Below the pieces are notes generated by a model. It was not told the DNA's origin. It ran no database searches and saw only the letters and a program-made list of their open reading frames with translations. Source: the human T2T-CHM13v2.0 reference genome, Homo sapiens. Taken from it: 64,000 nucleotides of DNA. The DNA lies in the NCBI RefSeq assembly GCF_009914755.1, contig NC_060930.1. One strand, given 5' to 3'. Made by a program: the position numbers and the translations under genes. Position 1 is the first letter of the stretch, and each line of letters starts with the position of its first letter. This document shows positions 1 through 22,493 of the stretch, in pieces.

Positions 1-722
1 CTAGTAGGATTTTCATTTCATTTTCAGTAGCAAACGCACTTACACTGTCTAGAACTTTAACTCCATCCTCACACATCTAATTCTGGACTTATCAACTCTG
101 ACTCTTGAGTGCTGCTTACTCCACAAGGTCACTAACTTCCTAAGACCCCGACCCCTCAGAGCCCCAAAGAGGCCAGGGAGGAGAGTGTCTTCAGGGTCAA
201 CAGCTGGACCAGCATGTGAAACCTGCCTGATTCTATCCGCTGGACTGGACAGCATTGCAAAGCTTCATTCCAGCCTCAGAAATGAAACGGCCATGATGGG
301 CAGAGGTACATTCAGAGCACTTGGTCACAGCAGGGGAGAGGACACCACGCAAAGTCTAGCAAAGCCAGGAGCCCCAGAGACAGGAGGTCAAGGTTATCTG
401 ACCAGACAGAGAAGAAAGTGAAACCCGAAGCCAAGTACCTACATCCCAGTTTAACTTGTTTTCCACCAATCCCTCTTCCTAAGGAGCCAGGAGGCACCAA
501 TTAAGCTAAAAGGGCCCTTTTCAATCCCGGCATCGAGGCAGTGGGACAAAACGGGTCCTTCAGATGGGGCGATTGATGTGCACAGTTCAGCGTCACAAGT
601 ATGTCCATGTTACATAGAAAAGAATTAACTGAACAAAACGCAGACAAAACCAGAATAATAAATTTGAGTGTCTCTGAAATGTGTACGAGACGTGCATTTA
701 TGTATTTTCATGTAGTTATTTA

Positions 723-1121
<399 letters not shown>

Positions 1122-1325
1122 TTATTGTTCTATGAAGACAGAATTAAAGAACAAGAGAATCAGGGTTCTGCTAGAAAGACTAAAGATATTTTTAAATAAG
1201 AATCTAGTCTATTGGATAAACTCCTAAAAATAAAAAACAAGAATAAATATTAAGACCACATTCAAGCTAGGGTTCCCAGTCAGCAAGCCTCTTCTGCCTA
1301 AGATTTAATTGTGTGAGACACTTGC

Positions 1326-1381
1326 CATAGTCCATGTATTGTCCAGTAATCCGGAGGGTCTCTACAGTCGTTTTGAATTTT
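1326..1381 (-). CDS. RNASET2: RNASET2 coding exon 3 (KIQNDCRDPPDYWTIHGLW; RNase T2 CAS I catalytic His motif); gene continues beyond the left edge of the window
   Basis: TAG|AAA ATT CAA ... GGA CTA TG|GCAAGT; 56 nt; in frame with exon 2; GC-type donor. Confidence 0.95.
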
Positions 1382-1654
1382 CTAGGGAGAAAATATAACA
1401 AGAAAATGATTGGCTCTTTGTTTATTCAAATACACTTAGGAACCCTATTAAAATACATTTAGCAGCTAGTTGCAACATATGCCAACGAGATACAGGTACT
1501 GCACTAATAACACAAGCTAAAGCCAGGGCTACTTCACAATACATTGCTTACAACAACACATCCATGAGGAAGCTACACTAGGGCTGGATGTTCTAAGCCA
1601 AACGTCAAACAACTGACTTAACAGAAACAGCCATTTTTGTTAAGCCATTCCTCA

Positions 1655-2339
<685 letters not shown>

Positions 2340-3631
2340 TCAACAGAAAAATCAGTTGAGGAAGTAGAACAGAAAGTCCTTACTGCTCAGTGCTGGAGAA
2401 AGAGGGTCAGAGGCCAAAACCTGTAACTTCACCTCTGCCACTCAACTCTATCCCTCAGGGAACCCAGTTCAAAGCCAGAAGCTGGGCTCCTTTCCTGGAG
2501 GCAATGCAGAGAGCAAAGCCTGCACCACACGGGGCTCTGAGGGCTCTGCACAGCACTCAGTTCCCAGGCCTGCCTGCATGGAGCTGTGGGAGAGCCCAGA
2601 ACACTGAGAACCCGACAGGCAGACTGAGCATCTTTGACACAAGCATCTCATCAGAGGGGGCACCAGGGACAGCCCTCACTGCCTAGGAGGACACCTGGGC
2701 TCAAACAGAACCCTTCACCATGGCTGCCCAGTAGGAAATACACTCCTTAACAAGGACATTTTGCTACAGATTTTTTTTTAAATCTTGTTTCTAAAGCCTC
2801 AAGGCAAAGATGTGCCTCCACCCATATTTACATTCAGTGTGCAGGGACACACCCACGTTTTGTCATGTAAATGCCTCCCTGAATGCAGAGCAGCCTGGTC
2901 TCAGGCCCTGGAGGCAGATCCTTCAGTGTGGGTCAAAGACAGTGCTTAAGTTCCAGCTCCTCCTCCACGGTCCTTCTTCCGTAGGAACCAAGGACTCCAG
3001 CAATCCCTCCCTATCTCAGAATGCCAGCTACACTCCCAACAATTGAAAGTTGATGCCAGGCAGCTTCCGGCTCCTTCTGTCCACTGCCCCAACCCAAGGC
3101 AAGGAAACAGCAGCAGGAGCGCAACATTAAGTCTGCAAAACTGAAAACGGGGCAATCTCGTGTACAGAAGTGAGCAAGAGCATAATTTGAGCCAGATAAG
3201 CAAAATTTCATTTTCGTTTGTCATCAGAAAAATCAGTGAGGAAGTAGAAGCGAAAGTCACTACCACTCAGTGCTAGAGGCAAAACATAAAGCCTGCGTGC
3301 TCCTGACAGAATGTGGTGCTAGCTCAGCAACACGGTCAAACACTTGAGAAGTGTGCAATGCACACCAGGGTCAGCTTGACACACCGAGCAGGGTACGCCC
3401 TGAGGTGCAGATCCAGGCAGTGTCCTGGCTCTGGGTGCTCCAATGAGAAGGGCCTGGACACTGACGCACTGAAGGGATGTGGGCATGGAGCAAAACGCAG
3501 CCAGATGATGAGGGGCCAGCCCGGAGGGCCGTGAGTGCCATGGGTGCCAAGCACAGCAAAGGAGGCAGGGAAGCTCTTGGGTCCTCTTCACTCACAGGAC
3601 ATGTTAATAAAATGTCCAATACATGGAGGGA

Positions 3632-4615
3632 TGTAGGGACCAGCCCTACAGGGACTGTGGGTTTTTCTCCTCGTGTGGAGACGAGAGATTGTAGAAATAA
3701 AGACACAAGACAAAGAGACAGAAGAAAAGACAGCTGGGCCCAGGGGACCACTACCACCAAGACGCGGAGACCAGTAGTGGCCCCGAATGCCTGGCTGCAC
3801 TGTTGTTTATTGGATACAAGGCAAAAGGGGCAGGGTAAGGAGTGTGAGTCATCTCCAATGACTGATAAGGTCACGTGAGTCACGTGTCCACTGGACAGAG
3901 GGCCCTTCCCTGTATGGCAGCGGAGGCGGAGAGAGAGAGAGGCCAGCTTACGCCATTATTTCTTCTATGCATTTCAAAGACTTTTAGTACTTTCACTAAT
4001 TCTGCTACTGCTATCTAGAAGGCAGAGCCAGGTGTACTGGGTGGAACATGAAAGTGAAACAGCAGTGTGACTGCTGAAGCACAGCATCACGGGGAGATGG
4101 TTAGGCCTCCAGATGGCTGTGGGCAGGCCTGACTGATATGAGGCCTATCCACAAGAGGTATGGTGAAGCAGAGTCTGCTCTAACTCCCTTTCCCAGTCTG
4201 CTGAGTAACGGGTGCCTTCCCTAGGCACTGACGCTACCACTAGACCGAGGTCAGCTAAGTAATGGTTGCCTTCCCAGGCACTGGTGTTACCACTAGACCA
4301 AAGAGCCCTCTAGTGGCCCTGTCCGGGCGTGACAGAGGCTCACACTTGTCTTCTGGTCACTTCTCACCGTGCCCCTTCAGCTCCTATCTCTGTATGGCCT
4401 GGTTTTTCCTAGGCTGTAATTGTAGAGCAAGGATTATTATAATATTGGAATAAAGAGCAATGCTACAAACTGATGATTAATAATATTCATATATCATCAT
4501 ATCTATAATCTATTTCTAGTATAACTGTTCTCATTTTATATATTTTCTTTATTATACTGGAACAGCTTATGCCCTCGGTCTCTTGCCTTGGCACCTGGGT
4601 GGCTTGCCGCCCACA
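3632..4615 (-). mobile_element. Solo ERVK LTR, LTR13/LTR13A-like, in RNASET2 intron 2
   Basis: Minus strand begins TGTGGGCGGCAAGCCACCCAGG and ends CCCTACA; 984 bp; 6-bp TSD GAGGGA at 3626-3631 and 4616-4621. Confidence 0.88.
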
Positions 4616-4638
4616 GAGGGAGGAGACAAACTGAGGCT

Positions 4639-5081
4639 TGCTGTGGGTTGAACCGTGTCCTCCCAGAAGATATATCCCTGTCCTAACCCCTCCTCCCATC
4701 TGTGAACATGACCCTACATGGACACAGGGTCTTTGCAGATGTCATCAAGAAAAGGTGATACCAGATTAGGGTGGGCCCTAAATCCAATTACTGGTGTCCT
4801 CATCAGAAGAGACAGAGAGACACAAAGTGGAGAACACACCGTGAAGGAGAAGGCAGAGATTGGGGTGATGGGTCAGCCCAGGAACGCAGAGGACCACGGG
4901 TCCTTACTAGAAGCTAGCAGAGAAACAGAACAAACTCTCTCAGAGCCTTCCAGGAGGAACCAACCCTTCTGACCCCTAGGTTGAAACTTCCCCTTCCAGG
5001 ACCGTGAGAATAAATTCCTGAGGCTCTCAGCCACCCAGCTTGTGGCACTTTTGTTACAGCAGCCCTGGGAAGCTCACACAC
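4639..5081 (+). mobile_element. MaLR LTR (MLT1-type)
   Basis: MLT1 motifs GGTCTTTGCAGATG, GGGTGGGCCCTAAATCCAAT, TTTGTTACAGCAGCC. Confidence 0.7.
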
Positions 5082-5243
5082 AGCCCTCCTGGAGGCAGTC
5101 TCTGCAGGAGACACCGCCCACCCGCCAGAGCGATGCCTACCTCCCGCACCAGCAGCGTGGGTGCCCTGGACGGGCACGTGCACACAAACCCCTCTTCACA
5201 GGGCTCCCCAGGCCCCAGGGCCCGTCAAGGCAGAAACACTCAC

Positions 5244-5304
5244 CTCGCATACTGTCTCAGGCCAGTGCTGAACCATAATTAGTTTTTTCCACTCATGGTT
5301 GTCA
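5244..5304 (-). CDS. RNASET2: RNASET2 coding exon 2 (DNHEWKKLIMVQHWPETVCE)
   Basis: CAG|T GAC AAC CAT ... TGC GAG|GTGAGT; 61 nt; phase continues exon 1. Confidence 0.97.
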
Positions 5305-6360
5305 CTGTTAAAACATAAGAAACTTATTTTTCAAGAACTTTTTTTAAAGTTACAGAAAAAATTCATCCACCCATCCATCCCTTCAATCATTCATTCAGCA
5401 CTGAGTGCTGTGGGAGGAGGAACACTGCCTGCCCTGCTGCTGCACACACTCCCGTGAGGAAGGCGGTACACCCCTACACTAAGAAGGCACGTGTGGTGGC
5501 GTCCAGTGCTGAGTGGCGGAGAACATGAATAGGATAAGGGGAGGAGGGGAGAGGAGGGGAAGCGGAGGCAGGGCAAGCTAGGAGTGCAGCCAGGGAGGGC
5601 CTCACTGAAGGGAAGCCACTGAGCCACGAAGCACCTTTCTCCTAAGGATGCTCAAGAGAAATGCAGACCCACGATCCCTCCCCTGCATTCGTGAAACCCA
5701 TAAAAGCCTGAAACCTGGTAGTTTTTTGTAATTCATTTGGCAACAAAACATAACCTGAACTAGCATAACGCTATTTATCGTTACTACCCCAACTCAGTTT
5801 TTAGACTTCACTTGCTTCTCTGCAGAATTTGTGTCATTTGATTTTAGGGTGCTACTTCAGATGCCACCAGGACTGTTAACTTGAACACGGTATGTGCACT
5901 GCATCATGAATGTTATTCACGACATGGTATGCACACAGCACTGCATCACACGTGTTACCCAGAACCTGGGGCCACACTGGATCACAAACCTGAACACCGT
6001 GAAACTCATCTGACTCTAAGACTTCAAAGAAGCCACTGTGGAGCGGCAGCTTATTCATGGCAGTAGGCCTCTAGCCAGAACTGCAAGACTTAACGAGACT
6101 GAAGTAAAAAGAGCAGCTTGCAAAAAATGCACATGGAAAAAGCCAGCAGCAACACAGGATATAAGTCAAGCAGACACTTCAGGATAAATCAAATTTTAGA
6201 AGGGAAGATTCCAAGTAAGAAGATCAAGTTGTCACACATTAGCTTTTGTAAATAATTGAGTCCTGTTGAATTTGTATAGAATTTACAGTTAAGATGGTAT
6301 GAAAACTTAGTTGTACATTGGAACTAATTATGCAAGCTCTCAGTATAAAAGGAAAAAAGG

Positions 6361-6650
<290 letters not shown>

Positions 6651-7487
6651 GGATGAGCTGCAGGGTGAGAATTGGAGCTGGTAAAGCATTTTTTACCCTT
6701 GGGTGAAAAACCTTATTTTACATAGTCGGAACCTGAGGCTGGAAAGCTTAGCAACACCCAGGAAGATGAGACTATCAATATGCTTACAACAAAACTACCA
6801 AGACTCAGACGTTTGTAACAAACTCTCCATCTAAAACCAGGCAGAGTGATGTGACTGCAGGAGACCCCCTCCCACACAGATGCCCCCCTCCCCTATTCAC
6901 GGAGAAAGTAATGGAGAAGCTAAAGAAAGTCAAAGAAGAAAGAAAAATCACCAAGGTCTCAAAACCAGTTAGAACTTGGGAAAATGCCCGCTGACCTATG
7001 AAGCCCTCGTGGTCTGAATCAACCATGTTCTCGCAAATCTTGCCTGCTCAAGTTTGTCCGATCATATCAGTTGCATGAATTATGGGCTGGGGTGGGGGAT
7101 CCACATATGACAGCCTGTTTTATGCTAATGTTTACTTCCAGCCAGACATCATTCCAAGTTACATTCTGTACCTTAACTGATTTCTCCTGAAGCCAACTCT
7201 GTGAGGCTGACTGTTACTATTTCTACTTTACAGATGAGGAAACTGGGGCATAGAGAGCTCAAAGGTCCCACACCTGGGTGTGAACTAGCAGTTTCCACTC
7301 AGCCAGCAAGGGCCAGCATGCCACAGACTTCCCCAGTGAGAGGCTCTGAACCTCATGGCCAATAAATAAGGACATAAATGTAGCTCTTTTTCAGAAAATA
7401 CACTTTCCGGAACACTGAAATATAATGCTACATTTTAATGTACATGATTAAAAATATATACCTAAGGTGTTTAAAAAGTAAAACCCT

Positions 7488-7781
<294 letters not shown>

Positions 7782-7931
7782 CTACTATGTAAGTAAGAAA
7801 TCCTATTAACCCGATCATTACCCAAATAGAAAGAAATAATATGGTATTCAAATATTGGTATCTTCCACAGAATTAAAGTTGGAGTTCTTTGCAGCACCGC
7901 CTGTTTACCCCTAATTAATTTGGGCGGCTGC

Positions 7932-8182
7932 CACACACACACACGCACACACGCACGCACACACGCACGCACACACGCGCACACACGCACGCACGCACAC
8001 ACACGCACACACGCACACACACACACGCGCACACACGACACACACGCACAGACGCGCACACACGACACACACGCACACACACGCACGCACGCACACGCAC
8101 ACGCACGCACACACACACGCACACACAAACGCACACGCACACACACACACGCGCACACACACACGCGCACACACACACACAC
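7932..8182. repeat. Imperfect (CA)n/(CACG)n alternating purine-pyrimidine tract
   Basis: About 250 bp of CACACACGCACGCAC... read directly. Confidence 0.95.
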
Positions 8183-8439
8183 GCGGAGGGCGAGCCAAGG
8201 GAAGGGATTCAGAACAGGATACTCAAAAAGAGGAAGAACCGTCGTTTCACCACCCGCCGCAGTGAAAGCTGAAATTAAGTGTCCCCTCCACGACTTCTTC
8301 GACCTCTGAGAGAACTTCGAGTGCAGGAACAGTGCTCCACCAAGCCTGCCACCTGCTTTGTCGCGTCCTAGGCTGGGAGCAGTCTGTGGGATGAGTTTCC
8401 AGTCCAGCTCCAGGCTGGAGTGTACCCAGGACCTCACCC

Positions 8440-8735
8440 TACCCCCTACTCCTTCCCAGGGGTCACCCCGGGGAGTGTTCAGGGCTCCCCAACCCACTTC
8501 TTCCCAGGAGTCACCCCAGAGCGTGCCCAGGGCTCCCCCCAACCCACTCCTTCCCAGAGGTCACCCCGGGGCGTGCTCAGGACTCCCCTCATCGCACTCC
8601 TTCCCAGAGGTCACTTCTGAGTGTGCTAAGGGCTCCCCCCAACCCACTCCCTCCAGGGGTCACCCCGAGGCGTGCTCAACTTCCCAACTTCTTCCCAGGG
8701 GTCACCCCGGAGCGTGCTCGGCTCCCCCCGCCCTC
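8440..8735. repeat. GC-rich minisatellite, ~49 bp unit x ~6, in RNASET2 intron 1
   Basis: Recurrent CTTCCCAGRGGTCACCCC...GTGCTCAGGGCTCCCCCAACCCACT. Confidence 0.88.
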
Positions 8736-10300
8736 CCCAGTCGCTGCCCGGGGCTCAGCGACCGCCGACCCCGAGAGCTGCAGCCTTCACCCAGTGGAAA
8801 GCTCTAGGGCCCGGCTCCCACGCTCCCCACTTTACCTCGCAAGGTAACTCACCGCAGGCGCTTGTCCGCACCGCCCAGGCAAAGCAACGCCAGGCAGAGG
8901 CAGCCCAGCAGGGCCCCACGCAGGGCTGCAGGGCGCATGGTGCCGACCTGCGGAGAGAACGCTGCCAGCTGCCGCTCCGGCTCCCACTTCCCACCTGCTG
9001 CCCGAGGAAGACTTCCGGGAGAAACGCTGTCTCCGAGCCCCCGCGCCGCCGCGCTCCCTCCGCTGCAGCAGCGGCCACCGGGTGCGCCCGGAGCCCTGGG
9101 ACGGCCTAAACCAGTATCTCGCGGGCCCCGCGCCGGGCTCCGGGAATGGCCGCAGCAGCCCTGGCGACCCGGGCCCCTCGGAGCTCCCCTTCAGGATCGT
9201 GCACCAAGCGCGCACGTCCCGGGCTCTGCTTCGCGACCCACAGCGACCCCAGCTCCTCCACGCTGCAGCCGCCGTCCGCCCACGACCACGGTCAGTCGCG
9301 TTGCTCCCAGCCCAGGGCGCCCTGCGGGCCTGCACCGGAGCAGAGAGCCACGCCCCCAGGACGGCACGCCCCCGCCGGTGGACACGCCCCCCAGAACGGC
9401 ACGTCCCCGCCCGGCGTTCACGCCCCGCCCCGTGGTTGGCTCAGAGAGGCCGAGGCAGGAGCAGCTCCGCGGGCCTTGAGGGCGTGTCAGGCGGCTGTGT
9501 TCCTTCGCCACGCAGGCGCCCCGCGCCTTTTCCCGCAGCTCTGCGCCACTCCCACACTCCCGGGTCCGAGCTAACCTAGACCACCCGTGAGGACCGCCCT
9601 CGGGGGGACCGCCCGTGTCTGCGCCATCCCCCGCCAGCAAGTGGGCGTGCGGGCCCCAGGGCCACTCTACTCTCCAGGGACAGCCCCCAGCCCGACCCGC
9701 GCACCCTGCAGGCCCGCGGTCCGCACGCAGCACCCGCTTTCAAAAACTGCGCCCTGCAAGCTGCCCGGGAGCTCCTGACTGCAGATGGTGCTTGGCCGCC
9801 CAGGCTCCCCGCAGCCTCCCGCCACCTCGGCGCTCCACTGCGCAGCCCGAGGGACGGCTCCAGAATTAGGAGGGGACCTACTCGGGTCACTCTCCTGGAA
9901 ACCTCTCCAGTCTCCCGGTGCTAGGTGCTGGGAGCACCAACATTCCTAGAAGGGCCTGGCCCTCACCCAGCCCTGGGCCTCACCTGCCCCTCCCCGCGGG
10001 CCCCAGGAGCCCGGAAGTCATCTCTGTGGGGGCAGCAAAGAGCCGCCTCGGGGCGCGACCTGGGAAGTCATCTTGTGAGGGATCCCCTCCCAGAGGGACG
10101 GGCCACCCCCCACGGATGAAGGGGACTTCATGTCAGCCCCACCTTGGCGTAGCCAGGGCCAGTCCCATAGGCCCGGTCTCCTCCCCCAACACCCTGGCCT
10201 TCCCAGCCCTTCAGAGGCACGGGTTCCCCTGCACCCGCGGCCCCGCCCACGGGCTGTGCACCCGGCATTGTCTCTGCAGATGTTTCTCCTCTTTCCCTTC
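8700..10300. promoter_or_regulatory. RNASET2: CpG island / promoter of RNASET2
   Basis: High GC and CpG density over exon 1 and upstream; GC boxes; ETS site CCGGAAGT at 10011-10018. Confidence 0.85.
8853..8938 (-). CDS. RNASET2: Ribonuclease T2, coding exon 1 (signal peptide MRPAALRGALLGCLCLALLCLGGADKRLR)
   Basis: Minus strand reads GCACC-ATG CGC CCT GCA ... CGC CTG CG|GTGAGT; 86 nt; matches the recalled RNASET2 N-terminus; good Kozak context and canonical donor. Confidence 0.97.
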
Positions 10301-10979
10301 CCTGTCCGCACACCCACAGCTAGTTAAGGCTATTCCTATTTACACGTCGAGTAAACTGCGCCTTCCTCGGGGTCCTCTGCCACTGGTAACTGTCTAAATA
10401 GCAGGTGGGCCTGTAGCCTGCTCTCCCACAGGCCTGGACCTTGCCTGCATGCATTACCATTCTTTGAAACAAAATATTTAAATGATTAATCTGTTTTTCC
10501 CACTAGACTGCAAGGCAAGGCCCATGTCTATTTTGCCCACCTTGAGTCCCTGCCACTGAGCACAGTGGATGGGGGACAGTCGGTGCTCAATAAAATGCCA
10601 CCTGTGGAACAGATGGGGGGGGGAAAATGGCTGACACCTCCTTAGCTCCTCCAGGACCTCCTACAGGTCATGGTGTTATTCTCGTTCTCCTTTTCCCTAA
10701 CGACTTATTTGTTTCTTTCCGGCTCCTTTCATTCCTTCCTCTCAAGAATATAGGCACACGCCACAGTTCTTTTTCTCTTTTCTTTTAAGCTAAAAAAATA
10801 ATTTTCTTAAAACAAAAGTGCTTCCCAGAATCCTCATTTTCCTTTAAATCACAGTCCGGTGTGTTTAAACAGCCCCTTGTCAAGGAGGGCTGTTGTGACC
10901 ACTGCCAAATATAAAGCAAATCTGGACTCGGGGAGGAGTGGTGTTATGAGGACCATTATTGCAGGGGCCTGGGGGCCTT

Positions 10980-11747
<768 letters not shown>

Positions 11748-13199
11748 TTAGATCAGAGAAGGTTGACCCCGTGGCCAGCCTGTTCTCAGGGGGGACTGAC
11801 TCAGGCTAAGATGAGGCCAAAAGTCCTCAGCCTCGGGGGAAGAGAGGAGCCTCACCAAGTTTGCTTAACAAGTGTGTTATTTCTATTGACTGGCTCATCA
11901 TTGATGAGGTGAAGAATGGGAATTGGAGGATCTGTGTCTGGCTTTGTCCTAGGTAATGGGTAGGGGGTGGAGTGAGGGGAGCATCCGTCACTTTTCCTTT
12001 TTTTTTTTTTTTTTTTGGAGACAGCGCCCAGCTGCATCACTTCTATCACTCTTACCTATGTTATGTGGGGAAGAAGGGGGTCTCTCGCAGCAAGCCACTT
12101 TCCACAACTCACAGAGAGGAGATTTTTATCAGATAAATTCAGCAGCGTCCTACCCAGCCTGAAGAAGCCACCCAGTCATTTCCTGTTGCACTTCCTTGTT
12201 TATTTTCGACACAGTTCTCCCCACCCCTGAGAATTCTTGTCACTTCCTCCTGTACTGCCCACTTCTACTCCCCCACCCCCACATCGGAAGCTAATGAGGA
12301 GCTTCAGGCCCCTTGCTGGCATGGGCCCCACCAAGACCCCATATCTCATTCCGTATTCACAATTTTACCTTCTTGTTCTTAAAGAAGGACATCCAAATGG
12401 AAAAGCTCTCAACCCCCCAAAACTTGGATGTGAACCTGGAGCATCTGTCATCTGTCTTGTTCACTACTTGTCCACCTACCAGGATCCTAAACGGAACCCT
12501 ACGTAGGGAAGAGGCAGTGGCTGTAAAGGCTGGATTTGGGTCTGGAAGCCGCCCAGCTTTACGAAAACAAAGAGGGCTCCAGCATCAAGCAGGTGGGCAG
12601 GGGCCAGAGTGGGAATTACATTGACTCACACAACATAGTGTAAAAGGGTACAAACTATGAGGTTTAAAAGATGCTGCTGGCTTGTATAGAAACATGTCCT
12701 TAGGAGAGGGGAGGGGGACAGGATGGCAACAGCCATGTCTATGAACAGACATCCTTAAATCCTTGTTAATTCTGAAGAGACCAAGATACTTTCACCACAC
12801 AACCTCTTCTTGGCATTAGCTCCAGGTTTCCTGTTTCCATGCCAGCTTTTGCTGGGTTATGCTACAATAATACACCGCCCCCAAATCTCAGTGTCTCACT
12901 TAAACGGAAGTTGATCATTTATCATTCATTTGCCCATATTCCATGCTGGCTATGCGTCAGATGCCACTGTGGTCCACGGTATTTTTCACTCTGGAACCCA
13001 GGCGGTAGGAACAGCCCATATCTGGTGCTGGCCATTCCAATGGCAGAGCAGTGGCACAACTACACAGTTTAGGATTCTCATGCTCTAAAGAGCTTTGTCA
13101 CACTTGAAAGAATCTCACCTTAAAAACTCCTTTCCATCCTGAATTACTTATTTGCTGAGAAAGTGAGGCCAGCTGCTGGGTGTTTCCCTGCCCTTTCTC

Positions 13200-20950
<7,751 letters not shown>

Positions 20951-21362
20951 AAAAAAATAAAGATAGGATCTCACTTTGTTGTCCAGGCTGGTCTCAAACT
21001 CCTGAGCTGAAGCAATCCACCCACCTCAGCCTCCCAAAGGATCACAAGCATGAGTCACTGTGCCTGGCCATGACATTCTTTATAACATTTTATTTTTCTT
21101 GATACAATTTCTTTTGATTTTCTTTATAAAATTCATCTTTTTGTCATTAAAGTCCTGTTTTGTACTGTCATACATTTGGCCTCAAATTCCATATCAGTTA
21201 ATACACATATTGCTACTCCTGCCTTATTTTGTTAAAGGGAACCCTGGTTCTTTTTAGTTGAAATTTGTATTTAGAGGTCATAGTCCTGACCCAAGGGTTG
21301 CTTATTGCCCCTGGGTTGGTCCTTGTTTCTAACACTTTTCAGCAGATAGAGCTAGGAAATAA

Positions 21363-21724
<362 letters not shown>

Positions 21725-22493
21725 TGATTTATGTTTTTTTAAAAGAAAATATATCATGAGTCCATATTGACATTTATAAATCAAATTTAGGAATAAAAGG
21801 GTTTTCTTATTTTGTTATTTTATTTTGTTTTCTTATATTGACATATCTTTGCATTTTCCTTTAATCTCTTTCAAGCATTTGGCCACAGATTAAAAAGTAG
21901 AGTCTATTTAGTCTAAAGGCTATCTTGTTCCTTCCTCAAAATATAGTTAGTCATTAAAGTAATTTACTTTTACTCTTGGAGCTGATTTTGGCTTGGGAAG
22001 CTAGTTAAACCACAAAATTGTTTACCTGGACTAGATTAAGATGATGACTTATGACTTGTCTTCACTAGCTTGAAGTAAACCAGACGTCCTCATCATTTGG
22101 CTTTTATTATTGTCCTAATAAGTCTGTGTGTGGGATGGCTAATTGGCTCATCATAGTGTTAACCTTCTGTACATGTCTGTTAATATCAACATCAAACAGA
22201 AGCATCGGGGGAAAGAACATTAAAGGCAGGTACAGGGGAAGAGACTGAAGGTTGCTCTGCACCAGACAAGCAACAGGAATAGAAAATGCACCAGAACGCA
22301 AAGCCAGCCATGGCGCATGGCTCAGAATACTAGAAATTAGGCTTTTCCCCAGTCTAACTGTCTCTACTGGTGTGCTAACCTTTCATCTTAGCATCTCTGC
22401 TGGTAGTTTCTGCTCCTTCTGCCCTTCACATCCTCTTCATTTGTCAAAATGCAACTCATATTTCATCTTTTTCTTGAAACTTGGCACAATCTA

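Noticed and set aside
8358-10397. Many overlapping Pro/Arg/Ala-rich ORFs
   Set aside because: Expected in a GC-rich CpG island; only 8853-8938 matches a real protein.
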